Source of the DNA: an uncultured Chlamydiae bacterium | Lineage (GTDB): Bacteria > Chlamydiota > Chlamydiia > Chlamydiales > SM23-39 | DNA length: 64,000 nt | Assembly (NCBI GenBank): GCA_963828125.1 | Contig: CAWHDP010000001.1 | Span: 352,001-416,000, forward strand | Direction of reading: 5' to 3' | Shown here: positions 8,812 to 17,774 of the stretch, piece after piece | Numbering within the stretch: position 1 is the first letter of the stretch | Layout of the letters: each line of letters opens with the position of its first letter | Notes under the pieces: model-generated | The model's database searches: none | Seen by the model: only the letters and a program-made list of their open reading frames with translations | Told to the model about the DNA's origin: nothing | Program-made: the position numbers and the translations under genes

Positions 8812-11007
8812 ATGAAACATAAAATAAAAGAAACTATCGATGTACAAGATGCAATGGATAATTTAGCTGCCATTGCTAGTATTGATATTGAGAATCCCCC
8901 TCCTCTCGGCATTGTGAAAAAGCACAGGATTGTGACTACCGAGGAGGAGTTCGGCCCTGATACGATCCAGTGGTTAGGCGCTGAGGGAGAGCAATCGATC
9001 ATAGATATTCTAGATCTGACCTATCGCGCTATTCACGCCCATCTTTTAAGGCTGTATGAGAGTGCCGAGATGAATTGGGAGAACGAGAAGAGCCGGAAGG
9101 GGATTGCGGCCATGATGGATCTCGTTGGCGAATCGGCAGATAAAATGGACGCTTTTTTGACCCTTCGGACAGGGAAGAAGCCAGCTGAACCGATTGCGGA
9201 GCTCGAAGAGTTTAAGTTGCTGCAAAAATTTTATTCCCGCCATTTCGTGGCGAAATTTTCAGGCGGCGTAGAAGGGGAGCGGGTTTGGGGAGAAGAGTGG
9301 GAAAAAAATCCGGAGGCGGAGATTCTCGATCTCTCTAAGAGTGGGTTGAAGGATTTTGAGACGGTTCGAAGAGATCTTGAGTATGAGTTATTTTATATTC
9401 GAAATGAGGATGGGAAACCCTATTTTAATGCCGAGCTGCTCCGGAATATCAAGCTGAGCTGCGATTTTGATTTGGATGGGGAGTCGTTTGAAGAGGATCC
9501 TCTCTTAAAAATCAGGGCGATGCAAGATCGGGATCTTCATGCCTCTGCGGCGCAGATTTTAGGGGAGTGCCATTTAGCCATTGCCGATTATTACAAGATC
9601 GCCCGCAAAATCGAAGGCAATGAATTTGGTCAATCGCTCGGGATGGCGATCATCGCCCTTTTCATCGCTGCAAATCCCCGTCATCTTGTTCAAAACACGA
9701 TGGGGAAAAGCTGTCTGCAGTATTTTGATGATTTTCACTGGTTTCTCCGAAGAGCGATGAAGACCTCTGAATATCAAAAATTGATCGCCTATCCGCCCGA
9801 TGCGACTGATAAAGCGTCTCAGCTTCTCCTCTATCTCGTTCACGCTCTTTCGAAGAGCTTTTTTGAGCGGGTCGGAGGAGTGAAACTAGAATCGATCGGG
9901 TTGATTCATCGGGCGATGCGCCGAGGCGAAGAGATTAAGCAAAAAGAGCAAAAGCATATTTTGAAGGGCGAGACAGTTTGGAATCAATTTTTGCTCGACG
10001 ATGAAAAATTCCGGACGCTTCTTGCCAAATTCCCAAACGGACCTCTATTCAAAATTCTCGATTTGATTCGGGAGGAGCAAGAGGAAGATGTGGGCGTCCC
10101 ATTCGATCCAATCGGTCAAGAAAATCTCCCTTCCCGCCTTTATGAACTACAGAGAAAAGGGAAAAAAATCGATATCCTTCGGCTTCCGTCGCCGACCCGC
10201 CAATCGCTCATTCACAAAGTCGAGGTGATCGAGGAGTTTCGCGGATTTCTCCGCTCTTTAACGCAAGAGAGTCCCGTCAGACGGCATCTGATCATCAATT
10301 TACAGGATCGGACTTCATGGAGAGAATATGCCCGGAGCCGATCTCTGGAAACGCTCCAGATGAACGCCGAATTCAATCATCAATTGATTGTAATGACTCT
10401 TCCCAAAGATACCGATTTTTACCATCAGAGCAATGAATATCTCAATCTGAATAAGGCGGACGATTTCTTAAAGGCGTTTTTAGAACAATTAGCAACACCT
10501 GAAGAGTGCGGCTATTTTTTCCCGCCCCAACTGAAGAAGACCGAGTTTACCCGCTTTGCCGAAATGGTCCTGCCCGCCATCCACGAACTGTTTTTTCACA
10601 ATAAAAATACTCTGACTCGCCGGAATCGGGAAGATTTGATTGAGATTTTTTATCAGTTTTTGATTTTGAAATGCATCGACATGGTCGAGCCGAATTCGGT
10701 CAGCTTTACGTGCAAAGACGCGATCGACGCCGGCGCTGCCGCAAGCGGCACGTTTTATGGATTTATCAAGCGGCTCACTTCAGATTTTTCTTCCAAAGAG
10801 GAGTTTGATTTTCTCCGCTGGCTTCTCTACACTCCCGCCCTTTTCATCCGAGAGCGGGCTATCGATGCCGAGCGGTTCAATAGGGCGGTTTCAGCCCTGG
10901 AGCGGATCGATAGCGAGATGGCCGAACAAGGGAAAATGATCTCGCAGACATTCGGTGAGTTTTACCATCCTCAAACTCTTAAAACTCTAGAAGTTAAGCA
11001 CTTATAG
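8812..11007 (+). CDS. Large hypothetical protein resembling a conserved chlamydial family; degenerate CKDxxD motif
   Basis: 731-aa ORF; LIINLQDR, SFTCKDAIDAG; family assignment from recollection only. Confidence 0.8.
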   Translation: MKHKIKETIDVQDAMDNLAAIASIDIENPPPLGIVKKHRIVTTEEEFGPDTIQWLGAEGEQSIIDILDLTYRAIHAHLLRLYESAEMNWENEKSRKGIAAMMDLVGESADKMDAFLTLRTGKKPAEPIAELEEFKLLQKFYSRHFVAKFSGGVEGERVWGEEWEKNPEAEILDLSKSGLKDFETVRRDLEYELFYIRNEDGKPYFNAELLRNIKLSCDFDLDGESFEEDPLLKIRAMQDRDLHASAAQILGECHLAIADYYKIARKIEGNEFGQSLGMAIIALFIAANPRHLVQNTMGKSCLQYFDDFHWFLRRAMKTSEYQKLIAYPPDATDKASQLLLYLVHALSKSFFERVGGVKLESIGLIHRAMRRGEEIKQKEQKHILKGETVWNQFLLDDEKFRTLLAKFPNGPLFKILDLIREEQEEDVGVPFDPIGQENLPSRLYELQRKGKKIDILRLPSPTRQSLIHKVEVIEEFRGFLRSLTQESPVRRHLIINLQDRTSWREYARSRSLETLQMNAEFNHQLIVMTLPKDTDFYHQSNEYLNLNKADDFLKAFLEQLATPEECGYFFPPQLKKTEFTRFAEMVLPAIHELFFHNKNTLTRRNREDLIEIFYQFLILKCIDMVEPNSVSFTCKDAIDAGAAASGTFYGFIKRLTSDFSSKEEFDFLRWLLYTPALFIRERAIDAERFNRAVSALERIDSEMAEQGKMISQTFGEFYHPQTLKTLEVKHL

Positions 11008-11215
11008 ATGGATCCTCCATAATAAAATTGGCTCGCTGCGGGCTAGGGTGCGCAAGCGGTGAGAAATGGCCAATGTCCAGCTACGGTTCGATTGAGCAAT
11101 GTTTATGAAAAATGACCCTGTTTGACCCAGTTTTGAAGAGCGGTTGCTTGAAAAAGCGAGAAGTGGCACACTAGCTCGTCCTTACTCTCATACAGAGCAA
11201 ACTGGAGGTGCATCT

Positions 11216-12649
11216 ATGCATAAGACGCAAAAAATTGGATGGGCTTTTCTGATAGGAGTGCTTTTGGCATTCCCTCTGGGCGCCTATGCTGGATCCGCTC
11301 ATCAGCCTGTTTCCACGGAACCAGCGCAGCCGATTGTGCTATTCAAGGCGTCTGGGGTCGAATGGGTTCGGAAGTGTGTTGATCAATATCCCGAAATTCT
11401 CTGGTTAGCGGACGCCAAAGTGCGCAAGACGGAAGAGGGGGTTGCTACTCTGCAAGGCGCTTATTCAGAGCAACTGTTTGGTCAGAAATTCATAGAGTTT
11501 GATCGAACGATCATGACTCTTCATTGTTTGCAGTTGGTTCTCGATGGTAGCGATAAGGCGTACCAAGAATTTACTGCGGCACAACCTGAAAACGGAAAGC
11601 TCTCAAAGGAAAGTTTTAATAAACTGCATCTGCAGGGTGTGAGCTTGCTTCAGTCGAAATATCAAGGAATGTCCAAATTGGAAATGATGCAGGCTATGGA
11701 AGCCTCGCTTGTGCTTGGTGATATAGGGAAAAGTGAACAGGCGAGGGCTGTGTTTAAACCGTATGGAGCCGGAGCACCTGATCATGATGATTTTCATGGT
11801 GAGGTTATGCAGATTCTGCAAAAAAATCCTAGGCTTTGCCCGACTTTTGCTCTCCTGACTCCAGCGGCTAAAAAACTTCTTCTTCAGTCAGCAAATTTGG
11901 CTCACTATGGACACATTACCCATCTCGAAGGCGGCCCCGCTATGTTTGCGCATTTGAAACAAAGTGGTGTGGCAGTAGATTCCCCAGTGGCTTTGTCTTT
12001 TGATCTGTTCGTTCATACTTGTGATGTGGCGGGAGCTTTGGGCCATGTGAATAACCAATCTTCTTTGGTTTATACGGAACTTGTCTCTCGCGCGATGCAG
12101 GGAATGACAGACGCTTGTAAAGTGCTCGGCGATCCAACCAAAACGGAAATCGATGCTTACGATGCCTACCTGGCGCTCCGAGCTCATTGGCTTGGGTTAG
12201 ATCCTCAAGATCGCACTTGTCGCGCTCTGGCGAGAATGGGAGCTATGCTCCGCTTGTTTACTCCCGAAGAGGGCCTAATTTTGAAACAGGCTGTTTCAAA
12301 GTTGGATCCTGATATACAGGCTCGAATGATTGCTCAATTGGATCTGCGGGATGGCAGAGAGTTTGGACGTACCCCAACATATATGCCTGCTGTGCTTGTG
12401 AACCTCGCAAATAACCCTGAGTTGGGCCCTTCAAAAGAAGAGAGGCTGTCACAGGCGGTGATTTTAGGGCTGCCGTTTGTTGCTCGCGTTTTGGAAAAAC
12501 ATAAGCAGAACCTGGCGGATCATACAGCAGATCCTACTATCCCCCTAAACTTCAATAAAGCTGCAGGAACAGCAAAAAATGCTCCTCATACACTTGCAGG
12601 GGCGTTCAGTATAGATTTGGAGGGGAATGTATGCATTTCTGGGCATTAA
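11216..12649 (+). CDS. Exported hypothetical protein with HD-like metal-binding motifs
   Basis: GGAGG RBS and ATG at 11216; signal peptide; GDIGK, DHDDF, HLEG, CDVAG. Confidence 0.75.
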   Translation: MHKTQKIGWAFLIGVLLAFPLGAYAGSAHQPVSTEPAQPIVLFKASGVEWVRKCVDQYPEILWLADAKVRKTEEGVATLQGAYSEQLFGQKFIEFDRTIMTLHCLQLVLDGSDKAYQEFTAAQPENGKLSKESFNKLHLQGVSLLQSKYQGMSKLEMMQAMEASLVLGDIGKSEQARAVFKPYGAGAPDHDDFHGEVMQILQKNPRLCPTFALLTPAAKKLLLQSANLAHYGHITHLEGGPAMFAHLKQSGVAVDSPVALSFDLFVHTCDVAGALGHVNNQSSLVYTELVSRAMQGMTDACKVLGDPTKTEIDAYDAYLALRAHWLGLDPQDRTCRALARMGAMLRLFTPEEGLILKQAVSKLDPDIQARMIAQLDLRDGREFGRTPTYMPAVLVNLANNPELGPSKEERLSQAVILGLPFVARVLEKHKQNLADHTADPTIPLNFNKAAGTAKNAPHTLAGAFSIDLEGNVCISGH

Positions 12650-12690
12650 ATTCTCTTGCATCGGATGCGCTATCATCGCTTTAGGCTTGA

Positions 12691-12738
12691 TATACTGCGG
12701 CCACCCCAAATTCACACTTTTGGGGTGGCCGCAGTATA
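12691..12738. terminator. Perfect 20-bp inverted repeat between convergent genes (terminator or REP-like element)
   Basis: tatactgcggccaccccaaa (12691-12710) / tttggggtggccgcagtata (12719-12738), 8-nt loop. Confidence 0.7.
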
Positions 12739-12927
12739 ACTGTCAATCAGAGAGGGAAGTATAGCAAAACAGCGAAAAAAAAATAGCTTTGTGTTTATCA
12801 TCGAAAGTGATGAAGAACATGTGGTCAGCTAGTTTATATAGATAAATCGATGCGAATTTTTCATTCATTTACGCAATTTTTACGCAGTAGACTGAATGAA
12901 ACCGGATTAAAATTCTCGAAAGGCCTT

Positions 12928-14085
12928 CTATTTTCCATCAAGGTGAGGCAGAAAGCCCTTGTCTCCCAGCACCTTCATGATGCCTCGAAGCAAGTAGTTG
13001 TCTCCGAAACTGATAACGTAGTCTTTGAAGCCGATGCGTTGAAGCATTTTCTTATCCACAAGCCTCTTGATTTGTCGAGATAATTCTGCGCCGTGCTTTC
13101 CTTGAAAAATCTCTTTTAAGTCACTCGATTGGATCGTTTTTTTCTCGATAGCCATTCTCAATATTTTTGCTTCGACATCGGTGATATACTTTCTTTCGAG
13201 AGAAAGATTGATCGTGGGCACCAAAATTTCCTTGGCCAGATAGTCATAGTCGAGAAGCTTGTCGATTTTTTCGATCTCCTCTTTTAGACCACGGAGTACG
13301 TATTCACACCAAGCTAGAATGCCCGATTTTTCTCCAGTATCAGCCTGCTCGAGGTACTTGTAGTAATTATTTCGGTGATTACAGAAAACGGCCGTAGGGT
13401 TGATGATTCTCCCTACGTTTACATTGAAGCCGAGCTTGATTAACATTGCGTAAGTGAATAAACGTACTGTCCGTCCGTTGCCATTGCCAAATGGATGTAT
13501 CCATACGAATCGATGGTGAGCAATCGCTGTTTTTAACAGATCGAATTTTGCGCTGCTGTCCCGATTGATGAAATCAAATAATTCATTCATATATTCATCA
13601 ACGAGCACCCACTCTGGCGGTAGATGCTTAGATTTTGTGATTTGTAAATTTGACTTCCTGTATTGACCTGGAGTTTTATCTCCCTCCCCATTTGGCGAAG
13701 TAGGTAATCCCTCGACAACTATTCTATGAATTTCACTGACAAAAGCTCGATTGATCGGATGCTTTTTTACGTTATTTTCAATGAAATCCATGGCGCTTTC
13801 GATGTTTTGGATCTCTTTGACTCCCATAGGCACATCGACCTTCTCCTCCAACTTGGTCTCTATATACTCAAGAAGCGAGGTGTTGTTTCCCTCTATGCGA
13901 GCTGAGCCGATACTCTCGAGTATATGGAAAATGCTCTTGAGATTGAAAAAAACCTGGGGGGGAGTCGTCCCACCTAAACGTTGTTTTCGAAGATGATTCA
14001 AATCGATAATAAGGTCTGTCAGAGGAGAGTCAAAAGCGGGCTCTATCAAGGTCAAGTCATAGTGTTTAAATTCGGCCTTTGTCAT
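12928..14085 (-). CDS. Fic family protein with C-terminal HTH
   Basis: SARIEGN inhibitory helix motif; HPFGNGNGRTVR Fic motif. Confidence 0.93.
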   Translation of the reverse strand: MTKAEFKHYDLTLIEPAFDSPLTDLIIDLNHLRKQRLGGTTPPQVFFNLKSIFHILESIGSARIEGNNTSLLEYIETKLEEKVDVPMGVKEIQNIESAMDFIENNVKKHPINRAFVSEIHRIVVEGLPTSPNGEGDKTPGQYRKSNLQITKSKHLPPEWVLVDEYMNELFDFINRDSSAKFDLLKTAIAHHRFVWIHPFGNGNGRTVRLFTYAMLIKLGFNVNVGRIINPTAVFCNHRNNYYKYLEQADTGEKSGILAWCEYVLRGLKEEIEKIDKLLDYDYLAKEILVPTINLSLERKYITDVEAKILRMAIEKKTIQSSDLKEIFQGKHGAELSRQIKRLVDKKMLQRIGFKDYVISFGDNYLLRGIMKVLGDKGFLPHLDGK

Positions 14086-14388
14086 TTAACATCCCTTTCC
14101 TTCGATCTTTAACATTCGTAGCGTCAAAAGTTTAACGCAAGATATTGTAAGTGTCTTAAAAACAGCTGAATACGATTATATCCAAGGATATGAATTTTAA
14201 CAACGCGTTTTTTGGATATTTAGCATCGCCCTCTGGAATCCTTGCGGCAGGAGGTAGTGTAACATGCTTATCAGCGTAAGAAGTGCGTAATTTATCCATG
14301 ACAATATCTAATTATCGTTGAATATGAACCTATCTCTGTATACTTATTCAAATCTTAACAATGGTCATTTTTGGGCAAACAAAAAACA

Positions 14389-14491
14389 GGATGCACAAGA
14401 TCAGGCATGATGCACAGGATGCAGGGAAGCCCTGCATCCCAAAAATATTAAATTATCCTTTGCATCATGCCGCTTGCGATCATGCATATCC
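14389..14491. repeat. Nested inverted repeat cluster built from GATGCA/TGCATC units
   Basis: ggatgcaggg/ccctgcatcc (14417-14439) inside ggcatgatgca/tgcatcatgcc (14404-14471). Confidence 0.6.
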
Positions 14492-14535
14492 CGTTCCTTG
14501 TATTGGTTATCAGACAATTGCAACTAAAGTTAATA

Positions 14536-14883
14536 TCATGTTAAGAATGAGGAGATAGACTCATCCGTTAGGCTCTCTCTATTAAGCAACTTCCCAGGTA
14601 GAAATTCCATAAGAATAGCCCCATGAAGGTCATCCTTTGGAGAAATCTGCTGAATAATGCGGGGAGTCGGAATCTTCCCATGAAAATGATTCAAAAAATA
14701 GGCTTCTCGGAAGTAGTCGCCAGCGCGAGAACAGATTTTTAAAATGAACTCTTCGCCATTGGGCTGGGTGACTTTAAAAACCGTCGCAACCATTGTATCT
14801 TCATGGTCAATTAGGGCGAAATGAGCCTTTTGAAAATTCATCCGTCCTTTGTACACGGAAATAAGGGGATCAGTTTCTTTCAT
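14536..14883 (-). pseudogene. Aminoglycoside phosphotransferase/kinase-like N-lobe fragment
   Basis: VFKV...FILKI...REAYFL...PTPRII...AILMEFLPG; ends before the HGD catalytic motif. Confidence 0.7.
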
Positions 14884-16661
14884 GAGGGTATCTCAGGTAA
14901 GAAGCCTCCTACCTGCATATTCCACATGAGAGCGTATAGTCCTCCCTTGCCCATCAAAGAAGCATGCGTGCCTTCTTCTACAATCTTTCCTTGATCAAAT
15001 ACCAAAATCCGATCCATACGAGAGAGCGTTGAAAGACGATGTGCAATCACAATCGTAGTTCGATTTTGCATGAGTTTTTCGAGACTATCCTGGATGTATT
15101 TCTCTGTGACAGAGTCCAAAGAAGAAGTAGCTTCATCCAAAATGAGAATGGGAGCATCTACGAGGATTGCCCGAGCAATGGCAATTCTTTGCTTTTCTCC
15201 CCCAGAGAGTTTTGTCCCTCTCTCTCCGACTTTTGCTTCATAACCAGCTGGAATATTGTGAATAAATTCATCGCAGTGTGCTAACTTAGCCGCAGTAAAA
15301 ATCTCTGCTTCTGTTGCTTCAGGCTTTCCGTAAGATATGTTTTCACGTAGTGTTCTGTGAAATAGCACAGGATCTTGGGGAATCAATGCAATTTGGCGTC
15401 GCAAGGACTCTAAAGTTATATCTGCTATATTCTGCCCATCGATGAAAATCTTGCCACCATGCAATGGGAAAAATCGTAGAATGAGGCTAATGAAAGTGGA
15501 TTTTCCAGCTCCCGTAAACCCCACTAAACCGATTTTTTCTCCTCCGCGGATATGGGCCTGTTTGTTGGAGAAGAGTTTTTTCTCTCCGTAATGGAATGAC
15601 ACATTTTCAAAAACGATTTCGCCGTCTTGGATTTTTAATTCTTTAGCATCAGGCTTATCTCCCATGTCTTGGGGATCAAGCATCACAGAATAGGCTTGTT
15701 TTGCTATGCCAAAGGACTGGAAGAAAGCAGGTAAAGCTCCACCTACAGCCCACATGACTGCTGCAATGTTCCACATAGTACCGAAGACTTGGGCGACTTC
15801 TCCTGTCGTGATTTGGTGCTGAAGCCATAAATAGATGACGAATCCGTTGATTCCTATAAAACAGATAGTGGCATAAAAGAGTGATGTAACGCTGCGCATT
15901 TTTTCGACATATCTTCTAGCCGAAATATTTGTTCTCTCTTCTTCATTCTGGTAGGGAATCAATGCGTTTTTTTCAAATTTAAATCGATAGAACAGATTAA
16001 CAGCAAAATAGTTGGTCAGGCTATCGACGATTTTCCCCAGAAGGGTACTACGCGATTCACCATGCCGATGCTCATATAAATCGCATGTCCTACTGAACAT
16101 CAAGCAGATGCTCAAATGGACAACAATCCATAAAAGCAAGATTCCTGAGAGGATTGGGTGGACAAACCAAAGGAAAATCGCACCAAAGAGAGACATAGCA
16201 ATAGAGGAAACAATAGGCCAAAACAGCTGTTGAAGAATCGATTCAACCGCAGTGGTCATGTCTGTGATTTTATTTGCTAAACTTCCAGCAAATCGTTCAT
16301 TAAAATAGTGTGGAGAATGTTCTTGAACATGATCAAACATCGTCATGCGGATATCGGCTTGCAACCTAGGGATTGCTTTTGCCATGAGAAAACCCATAGA
16401 GCGAGAATTGATTTCGGTAAAGATAATAAGGCAAATACTTATGATCATCGGCGCTTGAAGAGATTCCCAGGCGAGTGCACGATTTACTTCATTTTGAGTG
16501 AAAATATCGATCACCCACCGCAAGATAAATGGCCAAAGGAGAGAATCCAATGTATTTATACAGTCTTGGATAAAAATAGAAGAAAAGGTCCACCTTTGCT
16601 TCCTGATAAATTTCCAAAAGAAGCCAATTAATTCCTTGTAAGAGACTATTTTTTGGTGCAT
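14880..16661 (-). CDS. ABC exporter, fused permease/ATP-binding
   Basis: Six TM region, GFTGAGKST, LSGGEKQR, ILDEATSSLD, IAHRLST. Confidence 0.96.
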   Translation of the reverse strand: MHQKIVSYKELIGFFWKFIRKQRWTFSSIFIQDCINTLDSLLWPFILRWVIDIFTQNEVNRALAWESLQAPMIISICLIIFTEINSRSMGFLMAKAIPRLQADIRMTMFDHVQEHSPHYFNERFAGSLANKITDMTTAVESILQQLFWPIVSSIAMSLFGAIFLWFVHPILSGILLLWIVVHLSICLMFSRTCDLYEHRHGESRSTLLGKIVDSLTNYFAVNLFYRFKFEKNALIPYQNEEERTNISARRYVEKMRSVTSLFYATICFIGINGFVIYLWLQHQITTGEVAQVFGTMWNIAAVMWAVGGALPAFFQSFGIAKQAYSVMLDPQDMGDKPDAKELKIQDGEIVFENVSFHYGEKKLFSNKQAHIRGGEKIGLVGFTGAGKSTFISLILRFFPLHGGKIFIDGQNIADITLESLRRQIALIPQDPVLFHRTLRENISYGKPEATEAEIFTAAKLAHCDEFIHNIPAGYEAKVGERGTKLSGGEKQRIAIARAILVDAPILILDEATSSLDSVTEKYIQDSLEKLMQNRTTIVIAHRLSTLSRMDRILVFDQGKIVEEGTHASLMGKGGLYALMWNMQVGGFLPEIPS

Positions 16662-16864
16662 AAATACTTCCCCATCGCTCGATCATCTGGATGAGTAGGC
16701 TCTCCATCTGGATTATTAAAGGGCATCTCGGTATAATCAAGCCTTTTATAAAAGAGATAGGCATTTGGTGAAGCTTCTGTTTGAAGAAGTACTATTCCCT
16801 GTTTTTTGAGTACCTCTTCGCAACAATCCATAATACAGTGTGGGGTGATAAACGAGGTCATCAA
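16646..16864 (-). pseudogene. GNAT acetyltransferase C-terminal fragment
   Basis: CEEVLKKQG...ASPNAYLFYKRLDY motif B only. Confidence 0.6.
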
Positions 16865-17470
16865 TCATTTCCTTTGGCTCTTTTTCCATTCATTTTGCTT
16901 GAGACGATAGAGAACATGCCTTTGTAATTTATGACCTTCTGGAAGCTTAGGATGATCGAAATCATCTCCCGGATCGTGACGCATGCCTATTTTTTCCATA
17001 ATGCGTCTGGAACGCATGTTTTGCATAGCCGTAAAGGAAACAATCTCATCTAGATTCAAAGTTTCAAACCCATATGTCAGGGCGGCTTTTGCGCCTTCTG
17101 TTGCGTATCCTTTGCCCCAGTAGTCGATGGCGAGCCTCCAACCTATCTCAACGGCAGGTATAAAATGTGCTTGGCAATAGACGTCTTCCAAGCCAATAAA
17201 CCCAATGAATTCATCAGATGCCATCAGGGAAACCGCCCAAAATCCCCATCCGAACCTGTTGATATGCCCAGACATGAGCTTGATGGATCGTTCGCATTCT
17301 TCGCGACTCATCAGGCCAGGGAAAAATTCCCTGACTTTAGAATCAGCATTCATCTTTACAAACGGTTCCAGATCCTCTTCTCTCCATTGGCGAAGGACAA
17401 GTCTTTCTGTTTTAATGATTGCATTTTTTGTCATAGGGTTCATAAAGAGCATGTTAGCATGTTTGTCCAA
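16865..17470 (-). CDS. RimJ/RimL-type GNAT acetyltransferase
   Basis: TERLVLR, EIGWRL..YWGKGYATE, NMRSRRIMEKIGM, FDHP; true start may be a few codons downstream. Confidence 0.93.
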   Translation of the reverse strand: MDKHANMLFMNPMTKNAIIKTERLVLRQWREEDLEPFVKMNADSKVREFFPGLMSREECERSIKLMSGHINRFGWGFWAVSLMASDEFIGFIGLEDVYCQAHFIPAVEIGWRLAIDYWGKGYATEGAKAALTYGFETLNLDEIVSFTAMQNMRSRRIMEKIGMRHDPGDDFDHPKLPEGHKLQRHVLYRLKQNEWKKSQRK

Positions 17471-17774
17471 TCAAAAATACTCAAACTTATGAAAGCCTCC
17501 AAATTTAGCTTGATAACCCTGCTTATCCTGCTTTGTCGTGTATAGAGAAAAAAAAGAAGAGGAAACACAGATGATGGAAGAGTGCCCCAAAGATGATATG
17601 ACCCCTACGCAGCTTGTCAAAGACCCTTGTTGCCCATTCAGCAAGCGAGCTTTGTACTGGCATATTTGGAGAGCAGGAATCAATGGACTTGCTAGTGTGT
17701 TTTGGAAAAAAATCCCTACCTTCAAAATGTTTCGGAGTCGTAAGATGTTCCATTGTCTTTGTGAGAACAATTTC

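Noticed and set aside
17538..17774. 79-codon N-terminal extension of the SNF2 ORF and opposite-strand ORFs 17471-17789
   Set aside because: Looks like a divergent promoter region; the extension has no family-like sequence
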